Below are positions 1 through 12,235 of a stretch of DNA of 64,000 nucleotides, in pieces. A program made the position numbers and the translations under genes. This DNA is from Hormiphora californensis (taxonomy: Eukaryota; Animalia; Ctenophora). Each line of letters starts with the position of its first letter. The first letter of the stretch is position 1. The stretch spans positions 5,456,001-5,520,000 of the forward strand of contig CM035362.1 in assembly GCA_020137815.1 (NCBI GenBank). The letters run 5' to 3'. The notes under the pieces are model-generated. The model was not told where the DNA came from and did no database searches. It saw nothing but the letters and a program-made list of their open reading frames with translations.

Positions 1-130
1 AAAACAACAACAACAACATCAACAACTAAGTAAAAGTAAAAAGAAGCCCCCGATGCCCAGTTATATAATTACAAATACCCAAGAGATAAATGCTTCTTGA
101 AGCCTTTATTCAGTTTGAACAGTAACTCAC

Positions 131-1524
131 CAGTAGGACCCATAAAGCTGGTAGCGATCGAGGCAGCAAAAACTGCTCCGAATCCCATCATAAGGGGTCC
201 CGACATTGTCAAGAATTTCTCAGAGGGTGCGGTCACCGCTGCACCTGTCAGTCCTGCAACCTGTATGAGGGAAGGTTAGGGAAGATTAGGGAAGATTTGG
301 GAAGATTAGGGAAGATTAGGGAAGAGGTGACAGCGCCACCAAGAATGAAAGTTGGGTCTGGGATGCGACAAGAAAGAAAGACTAACCAATCCTCCGGTAC
401 AGAGGGCAGCACGAGTAAGGGCAGGTCCGCCCATGGCCATAGCAGGGGCGAGTAGGAGTCCAATCAAACCATACAAACCTGGAAAAATGAATGATAGTGC
501 TCTTACAGTTGGTGATGAAATCCCAGCTGTGGTGGCTGGTTGTGTAGGGGTGACTGCGTCACCAACTCATGCAGATAGACCCCCAATATAATATATACTT
601 CGTAGTTAGTAAGGTACAATATCATAGCAATTGATCAGTCTCTCTCCCTCTTACTTACTCAAAGCTAGGGCATGCTTGGGAACCATATTCTCTGTGGTAT
701 AAGGCATGGACCTCTGGGCTCCCTGAATACCCATCTGAGCCCCGATAACCCCTACTACCGATAAAATTGGGTGTCGTGCAAATAGGTTGTTGAGCACCTG
801 AACGTTCCTCAACATATACATTGATGCTGAAATAAGTAGTTGTGAGTCATAGATTGAAACTTCTTTTAATAATTTTATTCAACATCTCCACCATACGAGG
901 GGGAAATTGGAAAAGGTTTCACCAGGTAAATCGGGGTGACTGGTAGATCGAGTTCCAACTGCAGTAATACCTATCTTTATTGATTTAACTCTTACCTCCT
1001 GTGACAGCGATTCCAGCCCCAAAATAAAGGTAAGTTTTGTGGAGTCGATCAGTAACATAAGCAGGCCACAACTGGGACCTGGCTAACGCACTCACTTCAA
1101 TATCAAACATTCCCCCTGTCTTCCCAATCGACATGAGCGTCACACCTCCCAGCAGGGCACCTCCTCCCAAAATCTGAAATGTCAGGAATACGTCAATCGT
1201 CATCTTTTTTTAAAGAAACTATATGTTTCAATCAAAGTACTGGAAATTTTATTTGCATATTCTTGGGTTTGACAGGGGGTAAGTAAAATCAACATCAGCA
1301 AAACTCAGAGACTGCCCAATTTCTCAAACGTCCTGTATTATCTGCTATATTCTAAACAGTAAAGTTAGAATTTAACCTACCAGTCGCCCATAATAATGGT
1401 AATCTTTTGCAACGGGTTGTCGGATACCATCTCGTGAGACAGTCTGTCGGGCCTGGGTCCTGAGGTTTGCAAACCCGGAACGAAGCTGAGGAAAGTTGCG
1501 GCAGGAGGAGAGCCGTGACAACAT
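131..1524 (-). CDS. GHITM: Growth hormone-inducible transmembrane protein (GHITM/MICS1/TMBIM5, BI-1 family), 5' five exons; the gene continues off the left edge
   Basis: Phase-consistent GT-AG exons 1524-1381, 1173-996, 826-659, 478-387 and 260-131. They give MLSRLSSCRNFPQLRSGFANLRTQARQ (Arg-rich mitochondrial presequence-like), LWPAYVTDRLHKTYLYFGAG, MPYT..PKHALA, GGPALTRAA and AVTAPSEKFLTMSGPL, which match known GHITM motifs (WPQYV.DRI..TY, APSEKFL.M..PL). Confidence 0.9.
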
Positions 1525-2389
1525 TTTGCTGTAACGATTATTTTGTGTTAGATTATGTCGTTGCTTCTTTGTCTCTTTGTGACCCTCACTTGTTCTCTAT
1601 TCTACACCATGTATATATTATGTACTGTATGTATGGGGGATCTCATCACACAGAGTACACTGCTGGGAGAAATGTGGGATATGATTACTAGTATCAATGG
1701 GGTGATCTGATCCTTCAGTGGGATGACTTGATCCTCGGCGAGGGATTTGATGGGAGGGGTAGCTCAATAGGTAGAGCAATGGACGCGAAACCCAGAGGTT
1801 GTCGGTTCGCGTCCGGCCCACGCCAGATATTTTTCTCCCTATGCGATTATCCTGAGCAGATCTCATTCATGATATTTAACCAAACCATTCTCTCACAATC
1901 GTGATCTGCCCGTCTGTGTGTTCTCCTTTAACTGTGGATCTAGTAGGGCGTGTGTGTGAGAGATAGTGAGATTAGCAGCCAGAGAAAATACAAATCTTGT
2001 TCCGATGCTAAAAATACATGTACAATTTACATCATCATGCATTTTTGGGCATACTATTAACTATACCCCCTGGAAAATGACTAAGGCGGATGGAGGCCCG
2101 CCACGCAATTCGGAAAATCCCGCCCTATGGGGTTCACTGCCCAAAACCAGTTCTGCCGAACACAATGGTACCAGCATAAAATTAAGTGCAACGTATATTT
2201 CCTGCTTGCTAGGCTCCTGAAAGTATCGGTAACGCGCATAACGGTCCGCCTTTTCCATTTTCCGTGGACTATAATAGACACTTATCCGAACCTACTGGTG
2301 AAGAAAACAGCTTGTTGCAATTTTGCCCAAGATTTGGTCCTTAGTATCATGCCCTAACTAATAAATTTCACAACATTTTATATGTTATA

Positions 2390-3991
2390 TTAAGTGATTT
2401 TTGGCCACCAGGCAGCTATCGACAATTTCTTTGTTTTTCTGCACTCTTTGTAGAATTCGAAGAGTGGTGCAGTAGGGGAGTTGAGATTCTTAGAGAATAT
2501 AACTGGTAAGTAACTGCCAACAGACCCTGCAACAAGAATGTGCTCAAGAAAATCAGGGTCTTGGTGAAAGTGGGAGTCTGGTTCAGCTTCTAAAATATCT
2601 TTATCAGTCACTAACTCGAGAGTAACGATTGGCCAAGATTGTTCATTTTGTATAGACAGTGAAACTTTCAAAGCCACTTTACATTGTTTATGGGATCCAT
2701 TCGGATTTTCTTTACAGGAAATATAGTGTATATAATGACCATCATCTAGGTCGAGGAACTTGTGCGAAGAGTACTGCAACGGAAATATATGAGGACCATA
2801 GCCATGATATATCCATTTAAAACCTAACTCATGCCCAATGTCCTTTTTCGCTTTCATATAATTTGTCACAGCTTCCGTTAATCCGGGAAACTCTTTAGCA
2901 AAACCAAGTGAAATCATTTTGGACACACCAAGTAGCCCATGGACAGTTTTGCTACGCCGCTTGTCCAGTCCTGTTTTTATTGTTTCAACAATATCCGGTG
3001 AATTTATATCACCGTATATTTGATAGCAATGGATCAGAGAAGATACAAACTGGATACATGAATTAATTCTCGGTTCCATATCGATCACTTTAACAGCCTC
3101 TAGCAATGAAGTGCACTCTCCAAGAGCTGGTATTTCGAATGGTAAGACGACCTGTTTGAGGGACTTCTTCAGGGAACTGCCGGAGGGAATCTTATGGACA
3201 CAAATAAGAGAAAATGCCGAAAACAAGGCGAAAATATCTTCTTTTGACACAAACCGTTGAAAGGTTTTAACCACGTTCTGGTACAATTCAGGGTCCTCTT
3301 GGAAACAGTGGGCCAGTGTTTCGGACGTCAGTAACCGTTTCTCAACTCCACTTAGATTCACAGGAGGGGTCTTGCTCTCGACCAATGTAATAAGCCATTC
3401 AAACAGAACCGTGATTGATCTGCCAGCCAAGGAAATACACAGATCTGTGTACACAAATTCCTGTTTGTTGGGATCACGGGAGATGAAATCTTTCACCAGC
3501 GACAATCGGAGGTCAGACAATCCACCCAGACTGGTATTCAGAGCAAGCTGTAGGTCTTTGTTGTTCCTCTCCTTGAGGATGTAACCAGCTTCCTGAAATA
3601 AGAACCATGCCGCCTCTAGAGATCCTGTTGTCAGCTCCGAGCAGAGGTCGGTGTAGAATTTTAGACACTCGTCTATCATCCATTGAACTTTGAACACTGC
3701 ACTAAGTTTGTTAACCTCCCGAAAGTTTTCTCTGGTGAGAATAAAAGACCCCGTGTAACAAGCTTCAACAAAACATTGGACGGAAGAATGGGAAAACTCT
3801 TCCACGTCGAGTTCCTTCATTTGAAGTTCACCCACCAACTCTGACACAACCAAGCTGTTTATAGCGAGGGGAAATGAACTGGTTCGGACAACTTCACCTC
3901 CACTACAGATGAGCTGTAGATCGTTAAGTCCCCTCAACTCCAGGTAGTGTCTACCAAAGTTCATGGGTACTGTGCAGGTTTGTAGCACCAT
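2390..3991 (-). CDS. Intronless BTB/POZ-domain protein, copy A (533 aa)
   Basis: Uninterrupted ATG ORF. The N-terminal DLQLICSGGEVVRTSSFPLA..S...FVEACYTG...ENFREVNKLSAVFKV fits the BTB pattern, followed by a helical region and an unassigned C-terminal domain. Confidence 0.8.
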   Translation of the reverse strand: MVLQTCTVPMNFGRHYLELRGLNDLQLICSGGEVVRTSSFPLAINSLVVSELVGELQMKELDVEEFSHSSVQCFVEACYTGSFILTRENFREVNKLSAVFKVQWMIDECLKFYTDLCSELTTGSLEAAWFLFQEAGYILKERNNKDLQLALNTSLGGLSDLRLSLVKDFISRDPNKQEFVYTDLCISLAGRSITVLFEWLITLVESKTPPVNLSGVEKRLLTSETLAHCFQEDPELYQNVVKTFQRFVSKEDIFALFSAFSLICVHKIPSGSSLKKSLKQVVLPFEIPALGECTSLLEAVKVIDMEPRINSCIQFVSSLIHCYQIYGDINSPDIVETIKTGLDKRRSKTVHGLLGVSKMISLGFAKEFPGLTEAVTNYMKAKKDIGHELGFKWIYHGYGPHIFPLQYSSHKFLDLDDGHYIHYISCKENPNGSHKQCKVALKVSLSIQNEQSWPIVTLELVTDKDILEAEPDSHFHQDPDFLEHILVAGSVGSYLPVIFSKNLNSPTAPLFEFYKECRKTKKLSIAAWWPKIT

Positions 3992-4937
3992 GGTGACTCT
4001 CTATTTGGGAACAAGGGTTCATGTTAGATTTGTGTCAAGAAAATACAGGGAAGGGAAATGGTAAAAAGAGGGCAACGATAAGAAGGAACAAGATGAGGGA
4101 ATGGTTCAAGTACAATCAGATTGGCTTTAAAGAGGAGTGGAGAGAGATGTTTGGGAGAAAAAGTGGGAGAGAGAGAAAAGGAGAGGTAGTGATGGGAGGA
4201 CTTGGGTCATCGGTACTTGGTCAAGCAGTGTTTTGGAGGTAAGCTCCCTGTAAATAACAGTGGATAGAAAGTCTTTTTCGACTCCCTGTTATCATTTTCA
4301 ATAGAAATGAAAATATTGATATTTTTAATAAAACCCAACAGTAAGAACATGGTAACTTTACCCAATAATATTGGGCCAATATAGCTCTATGAGGGATATT
4401 TTTGAAACATGCAACACGCCATTTTAAGTGCGTTTCAAACGACTTGACCTGAGATTCCTGGAAATTCAGGATTTCATCGGAAAAGCTAGAGATTGTGCGA
4501 AGATCGAGGGACCAGCGGCTGTCAAATTCTAGAACAGAGATCCTCTCTAAATGCCGACACAAAAAGAAGTTTTTACTGTGAAGGAGTTTATGAAGGAGCA
4601 TACTCGGATAATTTTGTTTAATTTTGTTTTCCTATTTATTACACTGATGAGATCGAAAGATCGAAACATTTGTTTGTAAACCAACGTGTTTCTATTTGTT
4701 GTGGATTTCCCCTTTGTAAATACACGCGCAATGCGCCAAATTCCAAGAATTACGGGTCAAGTCGCTTGAAACGGACTTTAACAGATACTAACCAAAAAAT
4801 GTTTTCTACCAAAAAATGTTTTCTCTCTCAACTACCGATCTCATCGTTGTTTCTTAGGTCGAAACTCGTGATCGTAGTCACTATAGATGTCACAACATGT
4901 TATATTTTAAGTGCTTCTTTTATAGCAAAGATTTGAA

Positions 4938-6545
4938 TCACCAGGCAGCAATTCTCAATAGATTATTAGTTTTGCTTTCTTCGTAGAATTTCAAGAGTGA
5001 AGCAGTAGGTGAGTTGATATTCCCACAGCTTATAACTGGGACCCAATTATTGTAACCATACGCCGTAACAAAAATGTGCTGTAGAAACTCAGGGTCTTGG
5101 TGAAAGTGAGAGTCTGTTTTAGCGTCTAAAATACCTTGATCTGTCACTAACTCGAGAGTAACGACTGGCCAAGATTGTTCATTTTGTATAGACAGTGAAA
5201 CTTTCAAAGCCACTTTACATCTTTTATTGGATCCTTTTGGGTTTTCTTCACAGTAACTAGGACCATCGTGTAGGTTGAGGAACTGTTGCGTAGAGTGCTG
5301 CAATGGAATCTTTTTAGGACCATAGTGTATCCAAACAGAACCTAATTTATGCCTGATGCCCTTTTTTGCATTCATATAATTTGTCACAGCTTTCGTTAAT
5401 CCGGGAAACTTTTTAGCAAAACCAAGTGAAATCATTTTGGACACCCCAAGTAGCCCATGGGAAGTATTGTAAAGACGCTTGTCTAGCGCTGTTGTTATTG
5501 GATCAACAATCTCCGGTGAATTAGAATCACCATATATTTCAAAGCAGTGGAGCAGAGAAGTTACAAACTGGACACATGAATTAATTTTCGGTTCCCCATC
5601 TATCACTTTAATAGCATCAAGCAATGTTGTGCACTCTCCAAGAGCTGGTATTTCAATTGGGTAGACTACCTGTTGAGGACTCTCCTGGGAACTGTTCGAG
5701 GGACTGTGCGAAATCTTTCGTACCAAAGAGGGACTGGGTGGTGTCATTTGAACCAGGGCTAGTGAGAATATCGCAAATAAAGATTTTAGGTCAGCTTCGT
5801 AGAGAGATTTTTGCAGTGTTTTAACCAACTTCTGGTACAATTCAGGATCTTCTTGGAAACAGTGGGCCAGTGTTTCGGACGTCAGTAACCGTTTCTCAAC
5901 TCCACTTAGCTTCACAGGAGGGGTCTTGCTCTCGACCAATGTAATAAGCCATTCATACAGAACCCTGATTGATCTGCCAGCCAAGGAAATACACAGATCT
6001 GTGTACACGAACTCCTGTTTGTTGGGATCACGGGAGATGAAATCTTTCACCAGCGACAATCGGAGGTCAAACAATCCACCCAGACTGGTACTCAGAGCAA
6101 GCTGTAGGTCTTTGTTGTCCCTCTCCTTGAGGATGTACCCAGCCTCCTGAAATAGGAACCATGCCGCCTCAAGAGATCCTGTTCTCAACTCTGAGCAGAG
6201 GTCGGTGTAGAATTTTAGACACTCGTCTATCATCCACTGAACTTTGAACACTGCACTAAGTTTGTTAACCTCCCGAAAGTTTTCCTTCGTGAGAATAACA
6301 GATCCCGTGTAACACGTTTCAACAAAACATTGGACGGAAGTATGGGAAAACTCTTCCACGTCGAGTTCCTTCATTTGAAGTTCACCCACCAACTCTGACA
6401 CCACCAAGCTGTTCATAGCGAGGGGAAATGAACTGGTTCGGACAACTTCACCTCCACTACAGATGAGCTGTAGATCGTTAAGTCCCCTCAACTCCAGGTA
6501 GTGTCTACCAAAGTTCATGGGTACTGTGCAGGTTTGTAGCACCAT
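4938..6545 (-). CDS. Intronless BTB/POZ-domain protein, copy B (535 aa), tandem paralogue of 2390-3991
   Basis: Only about 12 substitutions versus copy A in the first ~238 residues (counted by eye). About 35 bp of 5' flank is also shared; the C-terminal half is diverged, with indels. Confidence 0.8.
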   Translation of the reverse strand: MVLQTCTVPMNFGRHYLELRGLNDLQLICSGGEVVRTSSFPLAMNSLVVSELVGELQMKELDVEEFSHTSVQCFVETCYTGSVILTKENFREVNKLSAVFKVQWMIDECLKFYTDLCSELRTGSLEAAWFLFQEAGYILKERDNKDLQLALSTSLGGLFDLRLSLVKDFISRDPNKQEFVYTDLCISLAGRSIRVLYEWLITLVESKTPPVKLSGVEKRLLTSETLAHCFQEDPELYQKLVKTLQKSLYEADLKSLFAIFSLALVQMTPPSPSLVRKISHSPSNSSQESPQQVVYPIEIPALGECTTLLDAIKVIDGEPKINSCVQFVTSLLHCFEIYGDSNSPEIVDPITTALDKRLYNTSHGLLGVSKMISLGFAKKFPGLTKAVTNYMNAKKGIRHKLGSVWIHYGPKKIPLQHSTQQFLNLHDGPSYCEENPKGSNKRCKVALKVSLSIQNEQSWPVVTLELVTDQGILDAKTDSHFHQDPEFLQHIFVTAYGYNNWVPVISCGNINSPTASLLKFYEESKTNNLLRIAAW

Positions 6546-7652
6546 TGCGACTCTCTATTTGGGAATAAGGGTTTACGTTAGATATATAAGAGCATGGCTC
6601 ACGATTTACATTCTGGAGCAAAACTCGTCTAAACTGGTTTTGCTCCAGATGCCGTCTGGCCCACGCGGGCTCGAGATGGAGTCAGACTGAATTTCTATTA
6701 ATGACGTTCAGACGGGCTTGAGACTGGTTTGGTTTCCGTCTGATTTCTGATGTTCCGTATGATTTCGTCCAACACTATTTGAGTTCTTCCAATTACGTCT
6801 TGCTCCGTTTCAACGGGTAGAGACCGTTTCAGACGGCCTGTCTCAATCCCATCTTAACCCGTCCAGACGACGTCTGCGGTCTGCAGCAAATAAAGATTTG
6901 CTGCGTAAAGGTACCCCTTGACCTCTCTCACTGGCTCACCTCATCAAGGGCGCAAATAAAAGAAAACAATAGAAATAAAACGGGCACAAAGGGGTCCGGA
7001 CTAAAAATCGAACAGACGATTATAAATCACCTAGGGAGTAGGGTGTAAGCTCGAGAATTTGGTCGTTAGGCCAAATAAGTTTAAGTTTAAGTTTACGCAC
7101 AATTTATCACAAAGTCACTCAAATAAGTTATAACTTCGTCCCGCTCTCACACCATACACCAATAAAAGTGATACAAGGCTGAGAAGAGTTTACTGTGTAC
7201 TGTCTTCCTTATATGGTTAGGGCTATCGTTCGGGCCACATTTTCGAGCTTTCGAACCGATGTCAATCAATCAATCAAAATGTACATTTAACATCCCGCTT
7301 TTTGACTAATAATAGTAAGAGTGATAAACGTCATACAAAGTTACTCGATGAGCGCCAGAGCACTCCTACCAGCCTTCTAAAGCGGTGAACCCAAAGTGGA
7401 AAAGAAAGATGATATGAGTGATATTAATAGCCCAGATATGATGATAATAATTAGATAATAAATTAATGTTTTTGATTAAGTAAGAAATAATAATATGTAT
7501 GAAAATATATGTTAAATTAATGTAATAAGTTACATAGAAAAGAGATTAATCACGAAATAAAAGAGTGGAGCGAATCACTGCTCCATAATTCTGTAGCTCA
7601 ATGCATGCAGCGGACGTATAGATGTACACATAAATTAATGGGACAGTCCATC

Positions 7653-10561
7653 CTAATCACCATACGACTTTTCAAACAGGTGGGTTTTGAGTCTGGATTT
7701 GAAAGTTTCCTCGTCTGAACAGTTACGAATGTCAATGGGAAGTTGATTCCAGATCCTCGGGCCTGAAACTTGAAATGCACGCTGTGTGGTTTTGTACTTG
7801 GTTGAAAAATCCCTTTCCAAAAGGGTCAGATCACCGTCGTGACGTAGTGTTTTTCCTTTCCTCTGACGTTTGTTTATTAGATTTTGAAGATATTGTGGTG
7901 CTTGATTGTTTAGACACTTGAAAACCATGAGACAGATTTTAAATTCAATTCTAGCATCAACTGGAAGAAAGTGTAATTGCCGCCTGAGGTCTGTAACTCC
8001 CCTCCACTGCCACCTTCCAAACACAAAGCGAGTCGCTGCGTTCTGCACTTTTTGCAATCTGGCAATGTCACATTTATCGGCACCAATTAGTAAGCCGTTA
8101 CAGTAGTCCAGACGAGAGTGGATGAGCGAATGGACCAGCTGAACCTTGTGTCTTCTCTGTAGCTTGTTTCCAATTCTACGGAGGTTGACAAGGTTATAGT
8201 TACATTCCTTCACAACTTTTGAAACATGTTCTTTCATGGTAAGTTTTTCATCAAAGACAACACCCAGATTCTTGGCACTCTGGGAGGGAAAGATGGTCGC
8301 CGAGAGGGGTCCTTCCTCATCACACAATGTTAGAGGATCTGAATAATCCAGTGGGTTTGGACTATTATCAGTTCGAGAGGAAATGAACATCAACTCAGTT
8401 TTTGCCGGGTTTAGTTTCAGGTAACTGGATGCCATCCATGCTTTAATTTCCAAGAAACATTTTTTGAGTTGAGACTCACATTCGTTCCAGGCATCGTTTG
8501 TGAAGCTGACATATAGCTGAGAATCGTCAGCGTAGAGGTGAATCTTGGTTTTGTGTCGTGCCGCTATAGCTTCCAAGTCCTTAGTGAACAGAATAAAAAG
8601 TAACGGACCGAGGATGGATCCCTGCGGTACACCTATTTCGATGTTAACAGGAAGTGATTGACTTTTGCCAATTTTGACAACTGCTATACTACCCGGTCTT
8701 TCAGATATGACTGGAACCACTCGAGAGCCACCCCTTTGATTCCATACATCTTGTCCAATCGGCTAATGAGAATGTTGTGAGGGACTGTGTCGAAAGCAGC
8801 GGATAGATCCAAGAGGAGAAGAACGGCCTTATTCCGTTTATCAGTGAGAACTAGCAGATCATTGAATATACGTAGTGTTGCTGTTTCACAGGAGTGCTTC
8901 TGTCTGTATGCCGATTGAACTGAGGCAAGAAGTCCATGGCTTTCCAGATGTTCTGTAATCTGTAGAGCAACGCACTTTTCAATAATCTTTGAGATAAAAC
9001 TCAGATTAGAAATCGGTCGATAACTTGACATGCTGTTCGAGTCGAGTCCTTTCCCTTTGTAAACCGGTCGTATCATGGCCTTTTTCAATGTAGAGGGAAA
9101 CACTCCACTAGTAAGGCTACCGTTGACAATAGCCAATATTATCGGCATCAGTTCGTGGATGCATTCTCCGACCAGTTTTGATGGTAGAGGGTCAAGGTCA
9201 CATTGTTTGTAGTTCATTGATCGAACAATTTTAACTAGCTCCTCACTAGATAATGCACGAAAGGAATCGAGTTGTGGTGGGCTGGGAGTTTCGGGTCCTC
9301 TGGTGACGTCTTCTGTCCGTAGTTTCTTGATGTCCAAATAGATTTTGTCCACTTTTTCCTTGAAATACTGAATGAATTTTTGACAGAGATCAACTGGGTC
9401 ATCATGTTCCGGTAGTGTGCTCGGATTCTTCTCCTTGCCAAGTAATCCATTCGTAATTCGATATATTACCGATTGGTCATTCCCAGCCTCTTCCAGTTTC
9501 CTCCGATAGTAGTCGTCTCTGGTTGAAGTGATGAACCGTGATGCCTCTTTCGCCTCCCGTCTGAGATTCCTCAGAGATTCAACCAGTATATGCGAGGGAA
9601 CATCTCTCTTCAGTAACGCCTTGAAATCACGCTCGGCTTTCCTGCGTCGCCGTTTTGCCGCCTGACAGTCACTATTAAACCAGGGAGGGCTAGGATTTTC
9701 TGGAACAACCTTATTCTCAATCGGGGCAAGTTCGTCCAAAAACTCGGACAGAAGGTCATCATACAGTTTAATGATCTCAACCAGTTCACTAGGGAATTCT
9801 TCTGTGTCGCAGAGTGGGGATTTCAGTATGGTGCATCGAAGTTCATCCACATCCAAATTCTTGATATCCCGTCGTTGAATGGAGATGAAGTCCTTCCGCT
9901 GAATTGGAGCCCCGATTGGAAGGTTAAACGAAACCAGTGCGTGGTCAGGAGCTGCAGGAGTCATCTCTACAGCAAGATTTAATATTGGAAGAGCATCAGG
10001 GAGATTCTTCGTGAGAACTAGATCGAGTATTCCACCTGAGACATGAGTGGCGGTGTTTACCGACTGGTGAAAGTAGTGATCATCAAGGAGTCCACAGAAG
10101 GATTTGGCAAAACTATCATGTATGTTCTGTACATGTATGTTGAAATCACCAGTTATGACGACCTCTCCCGACCTTTCAGCCAGACCATGAAGTAGTGTCT
10201 CGAACTCCTCCAAGAAAACCGAATGGGATTGGGATGGGGAGCGGTATACACCAAGTAATCGAAGCGGCATGTAGTTTGAATGAGTCAGCAATAATTCAAT
10301 ACATTCCATTGATGAGAAAGAGTGATTGAACTGAGTGAAATGAAAGGAGTTTTTCATGAGAATAGCTACACCACCCCCTCTAGAACCACGTGCAACACTA
10401 ACTAACCTATACCCAAGCTCACTAATTTGACTCTCAATAGCACTCTCAATAGCATGTAACCAAGTTTCGGTCAGACAAACAGCATCAATATCATTGTCTA
10501 TGATAGTCAGTAAAATATCATCAACCTTGTTTCTCAGAGAAAAACAGTTCAGAGTGGCCAA
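7653..10561 (-). pseudogene. LINE ORF2p (AP endonuclease + reverse transcriptase) split by one frameshift at ~8685-8695
   Basis: EN motifs LTETWL, GVYRSP, GDFNIH, LDLV and DHALV. RT motifs YRPISNL, QSAYR, LLDLSAAFDTV, GVPQGSILGP and YADDSQLY. L2-type C-terminus LKLNPAKTE and HSLIHSRLDYCNGLL. The frame changes between SYLKDR and IAVVKIG. Confidence 0.9.
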
Positions 10562-10569
10562 CTTTACCT

Positions 10570-11823
10570 CTACTCGTTTTTTGACCTTGTAGCTTCATAT
10601 ATAGCTTTGTATGCCGGACACTCAGTGCTGTTTGCCCGGTGGGAGACATCGTCCTTTGACTTTCCATTCAGGGAACAGTTTACACATGAAGGAATAAAGT
10701 CTGTGTTCGATTTTTCTGGACAGTCCTTTGATTCGTGGTTTTTTGAGCAGTGTGCACACACTGAGTCTCGATCACAGCCTGCTGCAGAGTGATGGAATCC
10801 CTGACAATTGTAGCACTGTAACACGTGTACTCTGTCGACAACGTTACACGCAGTGTATCCAACGAAGACTACCCTCTGGCGAAGGAGTTGTCTCTTTGTT
10901 TGAGTGGGTAGGCGTAGACCGATGGTAGCGAGTTCAGGATTCCGATAGTTTTTTCTGTAAGACACAACATCCACAGCAATGCCCTGTAGTTCTGGATTCT
11001 TCTCCTGTAGGACTTCTATGATGATTTCACTTCGTTTTCGTCTATCGTCTTCTTGATTAATGGAATCAGAGATGGGAAAATTTAGGACCGTGAGTTTGCT
11101 TGTTGGATCTGATCTCACTCTTACTGTCTTGGTACGTAGACCTGTGCTAAGGGCGTCAGCTGCTTTCTGACCCTCACTCTCTGGTACGGTCACGATGACC
11201 AAGTTTTTCTTTTTGTCCATTCTTGACACTTTCGTCTTGGAGAGAGCATTTTCACTTAACTTCTGGACCTCGTCGATATCAATCTCTTCACAGTCAATGT
11301 AGATTTTTCGCCACGGAAGTGCTGGTTTGGGAATATCACTGAAAGACGGTTTAGGTGGTAGGGTAGGAGTGCGGACTGGCGTAAGGGTTGCAGCAGCAGC
11401 AGCAGTAGCATGAGCATATGGCGCTGCCTGGTTCAGAGGTTTCATCGCAGCAGTAATTCTGTCGGTTACTGCAGATAGTATATCTTCCTTGAATTTTTCT
11501 AGGTGATTGTTCATGTCTTCTATAACATTGAGATTATCGAGAGGGTCATTTTCATTGGACGAAGGAGTTTGGCGAGTGTTGAGAGCTAGAGCATCAGTAA
11601 GTGCACATACCGCCTGGTATGACTGTTTTAGCAGTGCCCACAATGATTTTCGGTCTGGGTTTCTCGGAGGAAGTTCAGAATCCTCGTCCAACAGGTGAAG
11701 AAGGTTCTCGTTGATCAGCGCTTGTTGGAGTTGGTGTGTGGGATCAGGGACATGGGAGGAAGAAGCGGCTACCCCGTCCATTAGCGTCGGACTGCCCTTG
11801 AGGGGCGGTTCCATAAACCTCAA
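10570..11823 (-). CDS. LINE ORF1p with three C-terminal Cys/His zinc knuckles
   Basis: CYNCQGFHHSAAGC, CAHCSKNHESKDC and CVNC..SHRANSTEC, with an upstream coiled-coil-like segment; lies directly upstream of ORF2. Confidence 0.85.
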   Translation of the reverse strand: MRFMEPPLKGSPTLMDGVAASSSHVPDPTHQLQQALINENLLHLLDEDSELPPRNPDRKSLWALLKQSYQAVCALTDALALNTRQTPSSNENDPLDNLNVIEDMNNHLEKFKEDILSAVTDRITAAMKPLNQAAPYAHATAAAAATLTPVRTPTLPPKPSFSDIPKPALPWRKIYIDCEEIDIDEVQKLSENALSKTKVSRMDKKKNLVIVTVPESEGQKAADALSTGLRTKTVRVRSDPTSKLTVLNFPISDSINQEDDRRKRSEIIIEVLQEKNPELQGIAVDVVSYRKNYRNPELATIGLRLPTQTKRQLLRQRVVFVGYTACNVVDRVHVLQCYNCQGFHHSAAGCDRDSVCAHCSKNHESKDCPEKSNTDFIPSCVNCSLNGKSKDDVSHRANSTECPAYKAIYEATRSKNE

Positions 11824-12006
11824 ATTAATTTGTTTAAAGTAGTGTTGAAAAGTTATCGTCCTAGGCCCGGAGCATACCCGTATTTCTTGGCAAACGTTGC
11901 TGGGCAGCGCGGGATAAGGCAGCGCTTTTCAACCGTATTTCTAGAAAAAAACTTCTTTTTTTTTAAATTCACTAACCCCAACACCGATTTGGCCTATGCT
12001 ACAGGC

Positions 12007-12235
12007 CCTATAGTCGGATTTTAAATAACTGTCGTTTTTTAAAGTTTTCAAATTTCTTAAAATGGCCATAACTCCGGTTCCTGATGAGATAGAACCTTGA
12101 AATTTGGAGGTTAGGAAGATCATGCCAAGTTCTTCCGAGCCTCCAAATTTCAAGTCTCTCCCTTATCAGGAACCGGAAATATGACAAATGTTGTTATTTT
12201 TGAGAAACGACAGTTATTTAAAATCCGACTATAGA
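12007..12235. mobile_element. MITE-like inverted-repeat element
   Basis: ctatagtcggattttaaataactgtcgttt (~12008) is mirrored by aaacgacagttatttaaaatccgactatag (~12205). There is an inner IR pair tccggttcctgat / atcaggaaccgga. Confidence 0.55.

Larger units (their letters stand above)
7262..11823 (-). mobile_element. Near-full-length non-LTR retrotransposon, L2/CR1-group (L2-like)
   Basis: Gag-like ORF1, APE-RT ORF2 and a 3' UTR ending in a (GATT)n tail at ~7262-7277 (tcaatcaatcaatc on the + strand). The 5' boundary is uncertain. Confidence 0.9.
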
